DNA of 64,000 bases from Nitrospirota bacterium. Lineage in GTDB: Bacteria; Nitrospirota; UBA9217. The stretch lies in contig CAVVUN010000012.1 of NCBI GenBank assembly GCA_963751455.1, positions 224,001-288,000 of the forward strand, read 5' to 3'. Shown one piece after another: positions 10,081-19,945 of this stretch. The position numbers and the translations under genes were made by a program. Under the pieces are notes generated by a model, which was not told where the DNA came from, searched no databases, and saw nothing but the letters and a program-made list of their open reading frames with translations. Each line of letters begins with the position of its first letter. Position 1 is the first letter of the stretch.

Positions 10081-10566
10081 GCCATAGCTGGACCACTTCC
10101 AGTCGTCAACCGAATCGACAATAACATCCCGCAGTACATGATCGGCGCAGATGGGGCGCTCACAACCATGACCCCGGCCACAGTCGCAGGAGCACGGGTC
10201 CCTACTCCATCACGACTGTCGGCAGCTATCAATAAAAGGAGAACAGCCAAGGGAAGCATTACGATGCGCATCAAAGCAATGCCTTCTGACTTATTCTTCT
10301 TATTCTCCAATCAAAAAACCGCCAGGGATATTGATCCTTGGCGGTTTTTTTCTTCAGCTCATCGTTTTTCGTCGCGGCCTCCAAAGAGCCTAAGATGTTT
10401 CCAGAAAAAATCATTCCTAAACTGAAAAGTGATTTTCAAGACACGATCCTATTTGGTTCCGGCCCCATTTGGTTCGCACGTGCGCGGTTCATGATTAACG
10501 GATTTCCGGTTTTACGTTGCTTATTTCGTAAGTCCATTTCCGCGTCACTTCAAAATGATGCACGAT

Positions 10567-11040
10567 CTAGCCTGCGAGATAGTTAATTCCCCACGGCCCT
10601 TCTACATTGAGCTCCAAGATGGTTTCCTTGTCAGTCGTAAACGCATACATCTGGTCTCCAGCCGGGATTGAAAAGAAACTACCTGGTCCGAAAACCTTGG
10701 CATGCTTATCCACCTTTGGCCCGAGGCCGAACGATAACTTCCCCGAAAGAACAGTGAATCGTTCATCCCCGGGATGGGTATGCGGTCGTAACGTCGCGCC
10801 TGCGGGAATTTTAAGCCGCATGGTAAGCGGACCTGGCTGGTCGGGAGTGCCCTTGAGTACTGCGATTTTCGTTCCGGGCGGCAGGTCTTTGGATGCCTCT
10901 TTCCATACTATATCTTTCTGGTTCAACATGATCGCCGAATCGTCTGCCTTCGTCGTATCCTTAACGGCAGCGTTCACTGCGGTCGACATTAGACCGATCA
11001 CGAACAGGACCGGCAAAAGGCGTACTATTTTTAATTTCAT
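10567..11040 (-). CDS. Exported cupin (DUF4437-like)
   Basis: Signal peptide; LPPGTKIAVLKGTP..RPHTHPGDERFTVLSG. Confidence 0.85.
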   Translation of the reverse strand: MKLKIVRLLPVLFVIGLMSTAVNAAVKDTTKADDSAIMLNQKDIVWKEASKDLPPGTKIAVLKGTPDQPGPLTMRLKIPAGATLRPHTHPGDERFTVLSGKLSFGLGPKVDKHAKVFGPGSFFSIPAGDQMYAFTTDKETILELNVEGPWGINYLAG

Positions 11041-11370
11041 TTCAGTTTCTCCTCTCAGAAGCATTTTAAATCGGATAACCTATCCTTATTTAGGATAGCA
11101 TGCATTATTGACTCTTGTCAAAAACCTAGGGTCACCCATTTATTTTATAAATAGCACGATCGTTTCAGATCAGGTTCAAGAAGCAAATAGCAGAGGTCAG
11201 AGCGAGGAGACGAATATAGGATGCAGGATAAAGGGTTTAAAGATGACCAGGACCGGAATTAATTTCTTAACAGTGACCTTTTCCCTACTTGCTTGGTTCG
11301 CCCCTGGCTCCTTGATTTTTCCTGTTAAACTGAGAGCCCATAGCAAGCCCATAGAATCAGGTCTACTGGG

Positions 11371-11513
11371 ATTGTATCGCTTATTGACGTGCTGAAGGGT
11401 GTTTAGAAAGGTTTGGCGATCTGTGTCACTCTTAAAGACGGGCCTTTTCTCGTTTCCACGGGAAGTGACATGATAGACTGCGCCAGCGTATTCGATGCGA
11501 AGCGGACGGCCAT
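11371..11513 (-). pseudogene. N-terminal fragment of a RAYT-type Y1 transposase
   Basis: MARPLRIEYAGAVYHVTSRGNEKRPVFKSDTDRQTFLNTLQHVNKRYN, then the end motif. Confidence 0.9.
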
Positions 11514-11949
11514 GGAGCGGCTATAGCACAGAATGGACGCAATGGCACGAAAGTAGACCTGACCCTATGATGTTCCTAAAGGTTCCTGGTTTTTAGATGC
11601 AGAAAGTTGCGTTTACTGTCAGGCCGCGGGCTAAACATTCGGCGTGAGTATAGAAGAAACCTTCCAAAGAAGAGGGACGTCACCGGAGTTGAACCAGCAG
11701 ACTACGCGACCGTATAGAAAGGTAACACATTTCACTAGAGAGAATTATCAGATTGATTGATAGCTGTAATTAGAATTTGACAAAGGGAAGCGGCTTGAGT
11801 TATACGAACTGTAAATGATTAAACTTCGCAACAATTGATTTGAATGACGTAACGTATATTTTCGAAAATAAAGCTCGCTTCCATCCGGAGAAAAATGGCC
11901 GGGCTGCGGAAGGAAATCGTTCGGCGCGGCTGGTCTTTTTTACCATACA

Positions 11950-12131
11950 CCGATTACGCCAGTCAGGTGCTGGAGCTCATGACGAACAATCATATACGCC
12001 ATCTCACGGCCCTGGGCGGGAATACGTTATGGTCATCCCTCGTGAGCATCGGAGATGTGGTCAAAGCGATAATTACCCATCACGGATGCCATCAAGAACT
12101 CTGGAAAGCTATATCACGCGTGCGTTATTAA
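11950..12131 (+). pseudogene. CBS-domain protein remnant
   Basis: LELMTNNHIRHL..LVSIGDVVKAII; degenerate, lacks the N-terminus. Confidence 0.7.
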
Positions 12132-12257
12132 TGATGGACTCTAAAATTGCCAGTCCTGTCATTTCGAGCGAAGCGAGAAATCCTGGTTTTCCAGCCTGTT
12201 GAAATTCCGCTCTCTTCGTTCGGGGTGACACGTCCGGACTTTTTACGAGATCATCAA
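12131..12257. repeat. MITE with an internal REP-like doublet
   Basis: Ends tgatggactctaaaa / tttttacgagatcatca; inner gtcatttcgagcgaagcgagaaatc..cttcgttcggggtgac. Confidence 0.6.
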
Positions 12258-12383
12258 GATTTGCGCATTCAAAACAGGGATGTTCCTACCACTCGATTCT
12301 CGAGACCGGAGAATGCTTCACGGGAATCTTCTTTACGGCTTCGATTTTTTCAAAATCCTCACTTTCACTAGGAGCCACAATAT

Positions 12384-14165
12384 ATGAATAATAACCTACG
12401 CAAAAACCCTGGCATTATCCCGCTAAATAATCTCTACCCGCATGTTCTTGAGAGCATTGCAGAAGGAATCATTGTGTTAGGGATGGACAGAAAAATTCTG
12501 TTTATCAATAAGATGGCAAAGGAGCTTATAGGGCTGCAGGGTGAGCTTGCAGAGGGAATGGCCTGTAATAAGATCTTGAAGACTGATCTTTGCTCAAGGG
12601 GTTGTCCCTTTGAATCAATGAGTAACAATGACACAAACTGTAGCCACGCTGCTCACTTCATGAATATTAATCTGTACAAAAAGGATAATTCATCAATCCC
12701 GCTCTGTCTCAATGTAGCCGCTTTATACGATCAAGGCGGGATCGTGGTTGGCTTTATAGAGAACTTTCGGCCTATGAGCGAAGTTATTAAGACGATAGAA
12801 GCCCTGGAAAAAAGTAATATAATGCTCACCCAGGAAAAAAGCAGAATAGATTCGATTATTAATAGTCTCGCTGACGGAGTATTTACGGTCGATAAAGAGC
12901 TTCGTATCACGAGCTTCAATAAAGGAATGGAGAATCTTACGGGCCTCAAGAGTTCAGACGTCACAGGACATCTCTGTAGAGAGGTATTGACTGCTGATAA
13001 CTGTGATTGCGATTGTCCCCTTTCATATACATTAAAAAATGATTATGGTTTAGCAAATATCAGGGAGCGAATCACAGGAAAAAACGGAAAGATGATTTCA
13101 GCATCCATCAGCACTGCATTTATTAAGGATGGCGCCGTGGATATAGGATTGATCGCTATAATAAGAGACACCACGGAGATCGAAATGCTGAAGAAAGAGG
13201 TAAATGATAGATATCACTTCTCCAACATTATCGGCAAAAGCAATCAGATGCAGAAGATTTTTGAGTTAATAGAATGCCTGAGCGATACAGACTGTGCAAT
13301 ACTTATCGAGGGGGAAAGCGGGACAGGAAAAGAACTTGTAGCAAGGGCTATTCACCATGAGAGTTATAGAAGGAATAAGCCTTTTTTAAAGGTCAACTGC
13401 AGCGCCATAGTTGAGGGGCTTTTTGAGAGCGAGCTTTTTGGACATGTAAAAGGAGCTTTTACCGGTGCGATAAAGGATAAGATAGGAAAATTGGAACTTG
13501 CTGACGGCGGCACAATCTTCCTTGATGAAATAGGTGACATGTCTCTTGCATTACAGCCGAAGCTTTTAAGGGTCCTCCAGGACAAAGAGTTAGAAAGGGT
13601 TGGCGATACTAAAACAAGAAAAGTGGACGTAAGGATCCTTACCGCTACAAACAGAAACCTTAAGAACAGGATAAAGATCAATAAATTCAGGGAGGACCTT
13701 TATTACCGGCTCTGCGTTGTGCCCATTGAAATGCCTCCGCTGAGAGAGAGAAAAGAAGATATGCCTCTGCTTATCAACCATTTTTTAGAAAAATGTTATA
13801 TGAAGATACCAAAAAGGCAAAGAATTATAGAAGTAACACAAGAGGCGCTCACAGCCCTCATGGATTATAACTGGCCGGGGAATATAAGAGAACTGGAGAA
13901 CACAATAGAGCATGCCTATATACGTTCAAAAACAAACATGATTGATCTTAAATCTCTCCCGTCTTCGATAACAGGCGTCTCTGAACAGGAGGTCTCAGGA
14001 ATTGAAACAAAAGGGTTGCCGAGGTATAGAGAAGAATCGGAAAAGTTCTGTATTGAAACGCTGCTCGAAAAATATAATGGTAATAGAACGAAAGTAGCAA
14101 AAGATCTTGGCCTTAGCCGGACTACCCTTTGGAGAAAATTTAAAAAACATAATTTGTCAGCTTGA
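12384..14165 (+). CDS. Sigma54-dependent enhancer-binding protein, PAS-PAS-AAA+-Fis HTH
   Basis: GESGTGKE, GAFTGA, FLDEIG, FREDLYYRL, WPGNIREL, C-terminal HTH; each PAS domain has CX8CX3C. Confidence 0.95.
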   Translation: MNNNLRKNPGIIPLNNLYPHVLESIAEGIIVLGMDRKILFINKMAKELIGLQGELAEGMACNKILKTDLCSRGCPFESMSNNDTNCSHAAHFMNINLYKKDNSSIPLCLNVAALYDQGGIVVGFIENFRPMSEVIKTIEALEKSNIMLTQEKSRIDSIINSLADGVFTVDKELRITSFNKGMENLTGLKSSDVTGHLCREVLTADNCDCDCPLSYTLKNDYGLANIRERITGKNGKMISASISTAFIKDGAVDIGLIAIIRDTTEIEMLKKEVNDRYHFSNIIGKSNQMQKIFELIECLSDTDCAILIEGESGTGKELVARAIHHESYRRNKPFLKVNCSAIVEGLFESELFGHVKGAFTGAIKDKIGKLELADGGTIFLDEIGDMSLALQPKLLRVLQDKELERVGDTKTRKVDVRILTATNRNLKNRIKINKFREDLYYRLCVVPIEMPPLRERKEDMPLLINHFLEKCYMKIPKRQRIIEVTQEALTALMDYNWPGNIRELENTIEHAYIRSKTNMIDLKSLPSSITGVSEQEVSGIETKGLPRYREESEKFCIETLLEKYNGNRTKVAKDLGLSRTTLWRKFKKHNLSA

Positions 14166-14223
14166 TGTTTCAACGAAACATTGTTTTCTGCCCGGTGTTT
14201 CAATTCTAAAACAGATTGAAACA
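14166..14223 (+). promoter_or_regulatory. Putative upstream activator sites
   Basis: TGTTTC-aac-GAAACA, TGTTTC..AAACA and TTGAAACA, about 110-165 nt upstream of the sigma54 promoter. Confidence 0.65.
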
Positions 14224-14329
14224 GGGGTCTTCAGCCCGCTGTATCCATTTCATAAATCCCGCCACATATATTCTGCGTGTTTTCTAAGACCTATAAAACA
14301 GGTGATAAAACTAAATACTTCGGACTAAA

Positions 14330-14346
14330 TTGGTATTAGAGTTGCT
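14330..14346 (+). promoter_or_regulatory. Sigma54 (-24/-12) promoter
   Basis: TTGGTATTAGAGTTGCT: GG-N10-GC spacing is exact. Confidence 0.85.
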
Positions 14347-14590
14347 TTACTTTGCAAGGTATTACGCTGAATTCTGCTGCAGCCCGGCCCAAAGCGCCCC
14401 GCAACAAGCCGCTGCAGCAAACAACCTCGCCGGCAAGTAACCCTGGCCACCGGCCCGTTGCTGTTCTGCCGCGGGATGCTCAAAGACTCAGGCGGCATGA
14501 CATAAATAAAAAAAATCAAAAAGGAGGGAAGAATTTTTAATGGTCTTCACAATTTGTTTAAAGAAGAATTAATAATAAAAGGAGGAAAAA

Positions 14591-15850
14591 ATGAGTTATT
14601 TAAAGAATTACAGATGGATGATGTTGCTGACAGTATCAGTTTCTCTAATACTGGTACCGGTGTTTTCCTATGCAGGTAAGCCGCCAGCACCTGCGCCAAA
14701 TATTTTTATAGAGGCGTCTACGCTGAATAGCTGGATACAGAATGGGTATAACAATGGTGTACCGGACAGCAATGGCTATTCACAAATGGTTGTAATCAGC
14801 GCTACAACAAGCGCAGTATACGCGGCTGGTCATCCGACCGGGTCATATCTCTGGGATTACAATACTGAAATGAGAACTACCAGGTCGGACGGCGTACTCC
14901 CGACATCGCAGGGTGTTCTTACAAAGCCAATGATGAATGCCTTCTTTTCAAAGACCGGAATAGACGGCGCGAAAGTCGTCGTGCTTATCAGCGATGACTG
15001 GATGCACATGGGTTCAGCGTATTATGATCTCAGGTATTGGGGAATTCCCAAAAAGCAGCTGAAAGTTGTAAACGGGCTTATCAAGGATTATAAAACCGCA
15101 GGGTATGCATGGGACACAAATACCCCTGCGCCTGCAGGAGGCACTTACAGTGTCTGCAACCTGGATCAAAGTACATCAATTGATGAAGTGAGGGCCCCTT
15201 TACAAGAGATGATGAGCGTTGCAAAGGACAATGACGCAAATACCGTGATACTAGACGTCAGGAACCTGAATGAATATAACGGTGAAAATGCAACCTCGGA
15301 TACCAGCTTCTCAGGGCGTATCAGAACTGCCGTATTGGCTACCTATACGGACATGATAACAAACGGCAGTTCAAATGCTGCAGGCGCAAAAATTAAGAGC
15401 GCTGCAGACCTTAAAACATATTTAGAGGCAAAGGGTGCAAGCAGCGCTAAACAGCATTACGTTCATTGCCGAACATCCATAAGGGCAGGGGTTGGCTTCC
15501 TTGCAATTGACGCTATGCTCGGCTGGAAGGTAAAAAAGTTTGAAGGTTCATGGATAGTCTGGGGCAATTTGTCTGATGAGGAAGGCATATTGGCATCAGA
15601 CAGTCCTTGGAGGACAAATAAACCAGAGTACAGTGAAGTAATAAACGCGTCCGTTTCTACCAATAAATCTCAAACCATCCCAGGCTATGGAATCACGGTC
15701 GGCTGTTCGTATGCTAAGTTGGCAAATCGTACCAATGCCAATGACAAGCAGATTTGCGGTAGTAACAGCAGTGCGTGTATTTCCGTTGACCCCTGTGTGC
15801 CGTTTGAAGGTTGTACACAAACTTACGATTGCAAATTTAACCCGCAATAA
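14591..15850 (+). CDS. Exported tandem-domain rhodanese/sulfurtransferase, ExtH-like
   Basis: Signal peptide; ILDVRNLNEYNG, active-site-like HCRTSIRA, GSWIVW; Cys-rich tail; resemblance to Geobacter ExtH from recall. Confidence 0.8.
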   Translation: MSYLKNYRWMMLLTVSVSLILVPVFSYAGKPPAPAPNIFIEASTLNSWIQNGYNNGVPDSNGYSQMVVISATTSAVYAAGHPTGSYLWDYNTEMRTTRSDGVLPTSQGVLTKPMMNAFFSKTGIDGAKVVVLISDDWMHMGSAYYDLRYWGIPKKQLKVVNGLIKDYKTAGYAWDTNTPAPAGGTYSVCNLDQSTSIDEVRAPLQEMMSVAKDNDANTVILDVRNLNEYNGENATSDTSFSGRIRTAVLATYTDMITNGSSNAAGAKIKSAADLKTYLEAKGASSAKQHYVHCRTSIRAGVGFLAIDAMLGWKVKKFEGSWIVWGNLSDEEGILASDSPWRTNKPEYSEVINASVSTNKSQTIPGYGITVGCSYAKLANRTNANDKQICGSNSSACISVDPCVPFEGCTQTYDCKFNPQ

Positions 15851-15928
15851 GGGAGCAATAGTGATGAACCGATTTTTTAAGATTTTTTTAAGCTTGAAAA
15901 GTATCAAAAAATACAAAGGAGGTAAAAA

Positions 15929-17353
15929 ATGAAGTCTACTATAAGCATTATAACAATAATGCTGGTCGTCATTGCGGTAATGGCCGGTCCAGCATCAGCA
16001 CACCATCAAAAAATTGGGAACAAAACTATTGTTCATAGCCTGCCCGCTGCTAACCCAAACCTGACATATGACGGAAATCTGACAGCTAAAGAAGCATATG
16101 AACTGTTGATCTACAACAACCCCGACGATGTAATATTACTTGATATCAGATCTCCCATGGAGAGGAACGGCAGTCACGGCGGCTGTATAGCGCAAGTCGC
16201 ATTGGGCATATGGATAGATCCTTTGAACGCGGGAACTCCCTATTGGCAGAACCGGACATATTGTACAGCGGACATAACGAATCCAATCATGCCGGTTCAC
16301 GCGCAAGCCCAGATAGGCGTTGCTTTCAATGCGCAGGCTTCAGACGGCACTGACCTGGTTGGTTGGCCCTTCAGGGCTGCCGGCTTCATGATCATGAACC
16401 CGGACTTCGATAACTATTTGTCGGCGCTTGAAGCAGAAGGCATAATGGCCAAGAGCAAGCCCACCATAGTGATGTGCGCAAGCGGATGGCGCGCCAAATA
16501 TATAGCTCACTACCTTAAAACGCAGAAGGCTTATCAAAAAGTCTATGTTATGGATGGCGGCCTTTCGGCATGGGTTAAGTCAGGGTTGCCGGTTTCCACA
16601 AACGAAACTGCTTGGATAGGCTGGGATCGCAGGAAACTCTATGACCCGGCGCGTCTTGACGCATATGGCGGAGCGAGGTGGCCTAATTCCCAGTTCTTGA
16701 CAGGCGGCGACCCGGTAATGCCGGAGTGGATGGGACAGTATGTGCCGTCCAGCGATCTGGTCGGATATCCTGATCCGACTTGTCCTGCTCCGGGGAACCT
16801 GGTAGGATTGAATGGACCATGGGCAAGGGACAAAAAGATAGAAGACCTCGGCATCGTTCCAACCCTGACAAGTATTAAATTGCCCGCAGGCTGGGACGGA
16901 CCAACCCTGAACAGCCAGTGCATTCAAACCATGATGGGATTTAAAGGCATGACCTATGAACAAGCCGTAGCAGCATGCGCATCTGCCCCGGCAGTCGTGC
17001 CGGGCTACTTTGATGCATGGCCTATTGCGAAAGGGATAATGATAGAAGGCGCCGAGCTTCCGTTCAAGGGAGCAGACGACCCCTGTGGAGACATGTATAC
17101 AGAGTTCTTCGGAGAGGGATGGTATCCAAGGAATCTGAACCAATGTGAGATAAGATCTATCGAAAGCACAGATAGCCTGACGAATACCAGGTATTGCAAT
17201 GTTGGCGACCCCCTGTGCATAGGTACGAGGACTTACTGCTTTGCAAATCCGCCATTCGGCGCCGGCGGTTTCACAAAAATGACTGCGCCGGACGGGACTT
17301 TTAAGACTCCGGCCATGACATTAAATTGCGATTTCATGAAGTTTGCTGAGTAG
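15929..17353 (+). CDS. Exported rhodanese-domain protein with a Cys/Pro-rich C-terminal extension
   Basis: Signal peptide; LLDIRSPME, MCASGWRA, MDGGLSAWVKSGLPV. Confidence 0.8.
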   Translation: MKSTISIITIMLVVIAVMAGPASAHHQKIGNKTIVHSLPAANPNLTYDGNLTAKEAYELLIYNNPDDVILLDIRSPMERNGSHGGCIAQVALGIWIDPLNAGTPYWQNRTYCTADITNPIMPVHAQAQIGVAFNAQASDGTDLVGWPFRAAGFMIMNPDFDNYLSALEAEGIMAKSKPTIVMCASGWRAKYIAHYLKTQKAYQKVYVMDGGLSAWVKSGLPVSTNETAWIGWDRRKLYDPARLDAYGGARWPNSQFLTGGDPVMPEWMGQYVPSSDLVGYPDPTCPAPGNLVGLNGPWARDKKIEDLGIVPTLTSIKLPAGWDGPTLNSQCIQTMMGFKGMTYEQAVAACASAPAVVPGYFDAWPIAKGIMIEGAELPFKGADDPCGDMYTEFFGEGWYPRNLNQCEIRSIESTDSLTNTRYCNVGDPLCIGTRTYCFANPPFGAGGFTKMTAPDGTFKTPAMTLNCDFMKFAE

Positions 17354-17370
17354 TACAAAGCGCACAAATA

Positions 17371-17410
17371 ACTCTCTCTATCCCCTCTTCCAAAAGGGAA
17401 TAGAGAGAGT
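17371..17410. terminator. Intergenic hairpin
   Basis: actctctctat..atagagagagt stem. Confidence 0.5.
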
Positions 17411-17436
17411 GTTTTAAAGAACCACAAGAATATAAT

Positions 17437-19188
17437 ATGTTTGAAAATTCCTCGTCTTTGAATAAAATTCGTTCATCCCTGATAGTTTCCGTGGTTACAC
17501 TATCTGTTTTTTTTACGCAGTTCATCTTCCGTTCTCACGACGACAATACACTCACCCGGTGGGCATGGACCTTTGCTGATGTAAATATAATCAGGATTTT
17601 TCTTTTTCTCTTCCTCGGGATAATTATTGCCTATGCCTTTTCAAAGTTTTCTTTTCCTGAACGGTACCCTGCGATATTCCTCTTTCTTTCATCCATCGGA
17701 ATCGGCGCTCTTTTCTGGAGTGAGCCGGAAGTCATCATTGATGCTTCGAGGTATTTTACCCAGGCCAAACATCTTGAACTGTACGGAGTAAAATATTTTA
17801 TTCAGGAATGGGGCAGAGGCATTAATGCATGGACAGACCTGCCGCTTATTCCTTTTTTATACGGCTTGATTTTTAAGTTCCTCGGAGAATCCAGACTCTC
17901 CATCCAGATATTCACAACCTTTCTCTTCTCAACGACTCTTGTCCTGACCTGCAAGACAGGGAAGATACTCTGGGACGAGGAGACGGGTCTTATTGCCGGC
18001 GTATCATTGCTGGGAATGCCTTACCTTTTTACGCAGGTTCCTATCATGCTTATTGACGTGCCCACGATGTTTTTTTTCATGCTTTCAATTTATACCTTTA
18101 TCAGGGCTTTAAATGAGGGCGGCGTTGGGATGATCACTTTCTCAGCTATTGCCCTGTTCTTGGCGTTCTTTTCAAAATATTCAATATGGTTAATGCTCTC
18201 GGTTTTGTTAGTTATCTATATTGTTTACATAATGAATAAATCAGGGAACAGAAAGCGTTATGTTTTTCGAGGGGGCCTGGTTGCCTTGATCGCCGGATTG
18301 CTAATCGGGATTGCAATACTTGCCAAATTCGGTGTCATTTCAGGCCAAATCAAGTTCCTCCAGGAGTATCAAATGCCTGGACTCAAACAGTGGGGAGAGA
18401 GTTTTATCTCTACCTTTCTTTTTCAGATACATCCATTTATTACAGTTGCCGCCCTTTACTCATTCTATGTTGCCTTCAAAAAAAGGGATTTTAAATATGC
18501 AATTATAAGCTGGTTGATAATCCTTGTATTTATAGTGCAGATCAGGAGAATCCGATACATCATAATGGTGTTCCCTCTGTTGGCGCTGATGGCCTCCTAT
18601 GGACTGCAGCAAATCAGGGACAAAGGGATGAGGAGGTTTATTATTGGGAGCGCTATCGCGTCTTCGCTGGTTGTCGCAATTTTCACCTATCTGCCTTACT
18701 TGGAGAAACTGAGCGCCGTAAATATGAAAAATGCTGGTCAGTATCTGAATTCTCTTGAAATAGAAAAAGTTGAGGTTTTCACTCCCCCGCAGACGATGCC
18801 TATTGTAAACCCGGCGATTAATGTGCCGATTCTTGACCTTTCTACGGATAAGAAAATAACCTATAACTATGAACAACCTCTTCTCACGCAATGGGCCAGG
18901 CACACTCGGGTCAGGTTCACCTGGGAATATAAAAACCCTGAATATTACAGTATGGACATCAAAGATTCGGAAAAGGCCGATGCAGTAGTGGTTATATCAG
19001 ACAGCGCCGATCCGCCCCTTCCCGATTATCTCAGGCAGAGAGTGGAAGGGTACCATGTTTCCAGAGTATTCAGGACTGGTGCAGAAATGAGTTACACGAC
19101 GGTTGTAATTGTGTACGAAAAAATCAGTGACGCGAATTCATCTCGAAGTGCAACGCTTGAGTCCGCGAGCTCCAATGGCGTTTTTTAG
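17437..19188 (+). CDS. GT-C fold glycosyltransferase (ArnT/PMT_2 family)
   Basis: Many TM helices; IIDASRYF, DLPLIPFLYG, IDVPTMFF, FSKYS motifs. Confidence 0.8.
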   Translation: MFENSSSLNKIRSSLIVSVVTLSVFFTQFIFRSHDDNTLTRWAWTFADVNIIRIFLFLFLGIIIAYAFSKFSFPERYPAIFLFLSSIGIGALFWSEPEVIIDASRYFTQAKHLELYGVKYFIQEWGRGINAWTDLPLIPFLYGLIFKFLGESRLSIQIFTTFLFSTTLVLTCKTGKILWDEETGLIAGVSLLGMPYLFTQVPIMLIDVPTMFFFMLSIYTFIRALNEGGVGMITFSAIALFLAFFSKYSIWLMLSVLLVIYIVYIMNKSGNRKRYVFRGGLVALIAGLLIGIAILAKFGVISGQIKFLQEYQMPGLKQWGESFISTFLFQIHPFITVAALYSFYVAFKKRDFKYAIISWLIILVFIVQIRRIRYIIMVFPLLALMASYGLQQIRDKGMRRFIIGSAIASSLVVAIFTYLPYLEKLSAVNMKNAGQYLNSLEIEKVEVFTPPQTMPIVNPAINVPILDLSTDKKITYNYEQPLLTQWARHTRVRFTWEYKNPEYYSMDIKDSEKADAVVVISDSADPPLPDYLRQRVEGYHVSRVFRTGAEMSYTTVVIVYEKISDANSSRSATLESASSNGVF

Positions 19189-19447
19189 CCGAGACACTTT
19201 CTCGGTCTGTATTCAGTACATATTCGATTGAGCTGTAAGCTTAGGGGCATTCTTACAAAAAGTCAGCCGCCTAAAATAATTCCGTTCCGGATAAGCAGCT
19301 GATTCATTGAAAAGGGACACCGGACAATTGCCGACGCCCTTTTAGGTGTGACCGTCAGACTTGGCGGTTAAAAGCCGAACGGCAAGAAGACCGGTCACAG
19401 AGAGAATTGACCGTTTCTGCCGCATGCTGTATCAAACGAAGTCTATG

Positions 19448-19945
19448 TCAGGAAGCAAATCGTTCCATTAAAGACTCTATAAATTTGCCGGCATATTGTC
19501 CATTCCCAGTGGGTTCAGCAAACAGCTTTACATCGCCGGTGACCCGTGCATTGCCAAAGAGCAGGGCGTTTCCGGCGCCTTCAGCTTTTGCCAACACCTC
19601 GGCAGCCCCGGTTATGACTGCATCGCCGTGCACACGCGCACATCCGTGGATTTTGGCATCGTCCTGGACTTTGGCATTGCCGAAAACCCTCGCACTCCCG
19701 AAGATTTGCGCGCTGCCCGACACTTCCGCCCTGTCCGATATCGAGGCGCTCCCGAATACAATCACATCGTCGCTGACTTTGCAATGACCGCAGACCTTTG
19801 AGCAAGGACCGACATAGACTGTGTCCGCTACTTGTGCAGTCTCTGCAATCAGGCCTCCCCCGTTCGGATGGTGGTGATATTTTACTCCGTCGATTTCTAA
19901 AACCGGTCCCTTCGAGACGTTGAGGGTCAGGTCTACTTTAAACAC
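19448..19945 (-). CDS. Left-handed beta-helix (hexapeptide repeat) protein whose N-terminus is replaced by a mini-element
   Basis: HPNGGGLIAETAQV + (V/I)xGxAx repeats; near-identical to 57325..57828 except the first residues. Confidence 0.75.
   Translation of the reverse strand: MFKVDLTLNVSKGPVLEIDGVKYHHHPNGGGLIAETAQVADTVYVGPCSKVCGHCKVSDDVIVFGSASISDRAEVSGSAQIFGSARVFGNAKVQDDAKIHGCARVHGDAVITGAAEVLAKAEGAGNALLFGNARVTGDVKLFAEPTGNGQYAGKFIESLMERFAS

Larger units (their letters stand above)
9585..11569 (-). mobile_element. RAYT-derived element bounded by an 18-bp perfect inverted repeat, carrying split transposase pieces and cargo
   Basis: CATAGGGTCAGGTCTACT (9585-9602) / AGTAGACCTGACCCTATG (11552-11569). 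Confidence 0.7.
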
